From Takakia lepidozioides (lineage: Eukaryota; Plantae; Bryophyta): a stretch of 64,000 nucleotides of DNA. Location of the stretch: assembly GCA_030704615.1 (NCBI GenBank), contig CM060733.1, positions 45,322,001 through 45,386,000 on the forward strand, written 5' to 3'. The notes under the pieces are model-generated. The model was not told the DNA's origin. It was given only the letters and a program-made list of their open reading frames with translations, and did no database searches. Position 1 is the first letter of the stretch. Every line of letters starts with the position of its first letter. Position numbers and translations under genes: made by a program. Below are positions 61,318 through 64,000 of this stretch, in pieces.

Positions 61318-62095
61318 ATTGATTAAGTTATAGACAAGGGTACCCGCTCGCGGGGGCGGAGCTCCGCCCCTCTTGCCATTATCGTCGCCAAACTTCGTAA
61401 CCATGACTTATTTCTAGGGTTCCACTATATTTGTTATCCTTTATGTGTTATCTTATATTTTCTCTAGCGGATCCACTACTCTGCCAAGGTCTCTACTTTT
61501 AGCCACGGTCGCCGCCATGGCTCGTTCTCGTCTCTCATGCTGCTGCGAGGAGGTCTCCTCATTCTCTCCGGCGCCCAGCCAACACGCCTCACAGGATTAT
61601 CAAGGTGCTTATTTTTAGCTTCTTATTGATGCTTTCTGAGGGGTCTTTGCTCCCCAACTCTTCTCTCAAGAAGCTCGTGATCTACACCACTACCATCGGC
61701 TGCTCCGTATGGAGCACAGCTTATCAGATCTCTATCAACCCTGCTACTCTCTCATAAGGTATGTTCAGACCTAGAGATAGAGCCGCGGTGATAAAGGCTA
61801 GGTGATATCCCTAGAGGATCGGGGATACGTAACTTTTCGACTGGGGTATTACTTATCGACCTCTCGATATCTCTATTCAAACCTGCGTGGAAATAAATAA
61901 AATAATAACACGTCAATCATTAATTTCCATGCGCTTGCTATCACTGTTCAAGATTATGCAAGGCGATATACATATCGATTGCCCTAACGTCCCTATGCTG
62001 CACTTCGTTCTCCATTACTCTTTCCGTTTCTCCTGGGAGATTCGTTTCAGGCACGCTGCTCATCAAAATCGCAAAGAGCTCATCCGGCGTTTATC

Positions 62096-63490
62096 ATGAG
62101 GACAATCAAAGTAATTCTCCTGGCACAGTTCTTGCATGTTGTTTTACAGGCTCAGGAGCAAATATTATTATGCCATGATGTTGAAAATGAGCAGTTGAAC
62201 TTGTGCCATGACCTCGGAGATGAGAACAGATCAAGTTTTGAAGCCATGCGAAATGCAGTCATTTTGCATCAATACAGATTGTCATGCATTTATGAACTAC
62301 TCATGAGTCGAGAACTAGGAGACTGGGTAAAGGCACAAAACACTACCTGATATTCTCACTTCCTTGTGACACAATATGACAACCAAAGGTGGATTGAGCA
62401 CTTCCGCGTGACCAGGGAAGTAGTTGAGCAGATTACGCAAAAAGTGAAACCATTGATTGAGAAACAAAACACAACATACAAAGCAGCAATTCCTGTAGGT
62501 ATCAGGGTAGCGTGTTCCTTGTATAAACTTTCTCATGGAGCGGAATATCTCCAATGCAGTGAAATGTTTGCAATTGGAAAATCTTCTGTGAATATGGTGT
62601 TACATGAGTTTGTCGAGGCTGTGAATGTGGTCTTTAGAAACCAAATTCGTTGGCCTCAAGGTGATGACTTGCTTCACGTCATGAATGGTTTCAAACAGTT
62701 TTGTGGTATGCGTTCCATACATGGTGCTATAGATTGCACGCAGATTCATATACAAAAACCAAGAGGTCCATTCGCCACAGATTATTACTCTTACAAAAGC
62801 AAGGCATACAGTATGCAATTGCAGGCCATGGTAGACCATGACAAACGTTTCAGGGATGTGTACGTAGGCATGCTTGGGTCAATGAACGACTCAAGAATTT
62901 TGAGGTTGTCCAATCTTTATCAGAAGGCCACGTACGAAGGATTATTCAATCTTGATCGGGGTTCTCAGGACGGCATCCAGCCTTATATCATTGGCGACAA
63001 AGGTTACCCCTTGTTGTCATGGCTCATGATTCCCCATAAGTACAATGCGGCTATGAACCATACGGTTGTGGAAGTGCTATATAACAGACACTTGTGAAGG
63101 GGCAGAAGCGTTGTTGAAAATGCATTCGGTATACTCAAGAAGACATTTCGGGAATTGTTGCACAAAGGCAACCTTAACGTCCACTTTCTTCCCAATGTTG
63201 TAATTTCGAGCTGCATGCTGTATAATCTAATTCTAGATGGTAGGGACGTGGACGTTGATGCTCTAATGCACCAGTTGGAGCAAGAAGCTCAACCTGAGGA
63301 ACTACAAGGTCGACCATAAGGTGCCAGAAGACGCCTACAAGTGAATAATAATATGGTAGATCAAGAAGCATTGTTAAATGAAGTGGAACCCATTCTGGAA
63401 GGCATCGAATTGTTAGGATTAAACCAACGTGAGGCACTGGAAACATTTTTGGGCAACAGACGGCCACGCAGAGATCATGATAATGCTTGA
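62096..63490 (+). pseudogene. Harbinger (HARBI1/ALP1-type DDE_Tnp_4) transposase with two premature stops
   Basis: A single reading frame with RWIEHFRVTR, GAIDCTQIHI, YSMQLQAMVD, GSMNDSRIL, IGDKGYPL, RSVVENAFGILK; in-frame TGA at 62348 and 63095. Confidence 0.88.
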
Positions 63491-63732
63491 ATTGAGCAAC
63501 ATTGAACTACATTTTTTTGAAAATTGAAGTTCACATCATTGTTTGACAGATGAATTGCATGATCTGGGACAAAAGTGGAAGTGCGTAGCTGGACATTTGA
63601 GTAAGCCTGGAATGTAGAATGAGCCTGAATCCAAAAGAATGGAAAGCCACCTAGCTAAATTGCAGAACCCAGTTGAATTGAATTGAAGTGTAGAGCACTG
63701 GAGCTAATCTAGTAACCTTCAGAAATGCGTAG

Positions 63733-64000
63733 CTAAATGGTATTTGTCGCTGGACGTTTTGTTTCATCGTCAGATGATTCGGACAAGTGAACTGCTGGAG
63801 GTATTAATGCTGGATCTTTAATGAATGCGTGACACATCGCAGTACTCAAATTTGCAAGGACACCGATCATCTTGTTGCTCATTTTCCGAGTCTTCTTGTC
63901 TCTGTTCTTCATGCAGTTCAGGTTCTCCTTGAAGGTTTCGACATTCACCTTTGTCCTATTATTATCAATGTCAACCTGGGTAGAATTGATCCGATCGATC
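63733..64000 (-). CDS. C-terminal end of a probable Harbinger Myb/trihelix partner ORF (runs off the window)
   Basis: Open frame from the window edge (IDRINSTQVDIDNNRTKVNVETFKENL...MIGVLANLSTAM) converging on the transposase; identity inferred from position only. Confidence 0.45.
   Translation of the reverse strand, partial: IDRINSTQVDIDNNRTKVNVETFKENLNCMKNRDKKTRKMSNKMIGVLANLSTAMCHAFIKDPALIPPAVHLSESSDDETKRPATNTI

Noticed and set aside
61330-61880. Possible solo LTR or left end of the second Harbinger
   Set aside because: No TG...CA pair with a TSD, and no TIR can be verified because the other end is outside the window.

Overview
Eukaryotic nuclear DNA with spliceosomal introns from a land plant with flagellated sperm (IFT74 present) and C-to-U organellar editing (DYW PLS-PPR genes). 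It is probably a bryophyte or another non-seed plant; that is inference only. Host genes: 3' part of IFT74, a VIR3-like chloroplast zinc-metalloprotease gene, two apparently intact DYW-type PPR genes plus several PPR pseudogenes, CNX3/MoaC, a PR-10/Bet v 1 gene, one intact and two decayed F-box genes, choline-phosphate cytidylyltransferase, and a truncated RPS18 copy. Mobile DNA: a complete PIF/Harbinger element (TIR + TAA TSD), part of a second Harbinger, a LINE 3' end, a Crypton-like tyrosine recombinase remnant, and inverted Helitron-like copies. The standout is an 8.4-kb DNA transposon (34148-42551, 9-bp TSD AAAGAAATG, Mutator-like) inserted in a PPR pseudogene. It carries (i) an internally deleted GCM-like/SWIM transposase and (ii) a divergently oriented, intron-containing gene fusing a ParB/Srx-like domain (VWDGNHR) to a beta-class N6A/N4C DNA amino-methyltransferase. 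It also carries (iii) 17 copies of a ~28-bp palindrome in non-coding DNA, spaced at near-exact multiples of 10.5 bp. Together these suggest a transposon-borne, site-targeted DNA-modification system. This copy is pseudogenised. All family assignments come from motif recognition by eye; no database searches were run.
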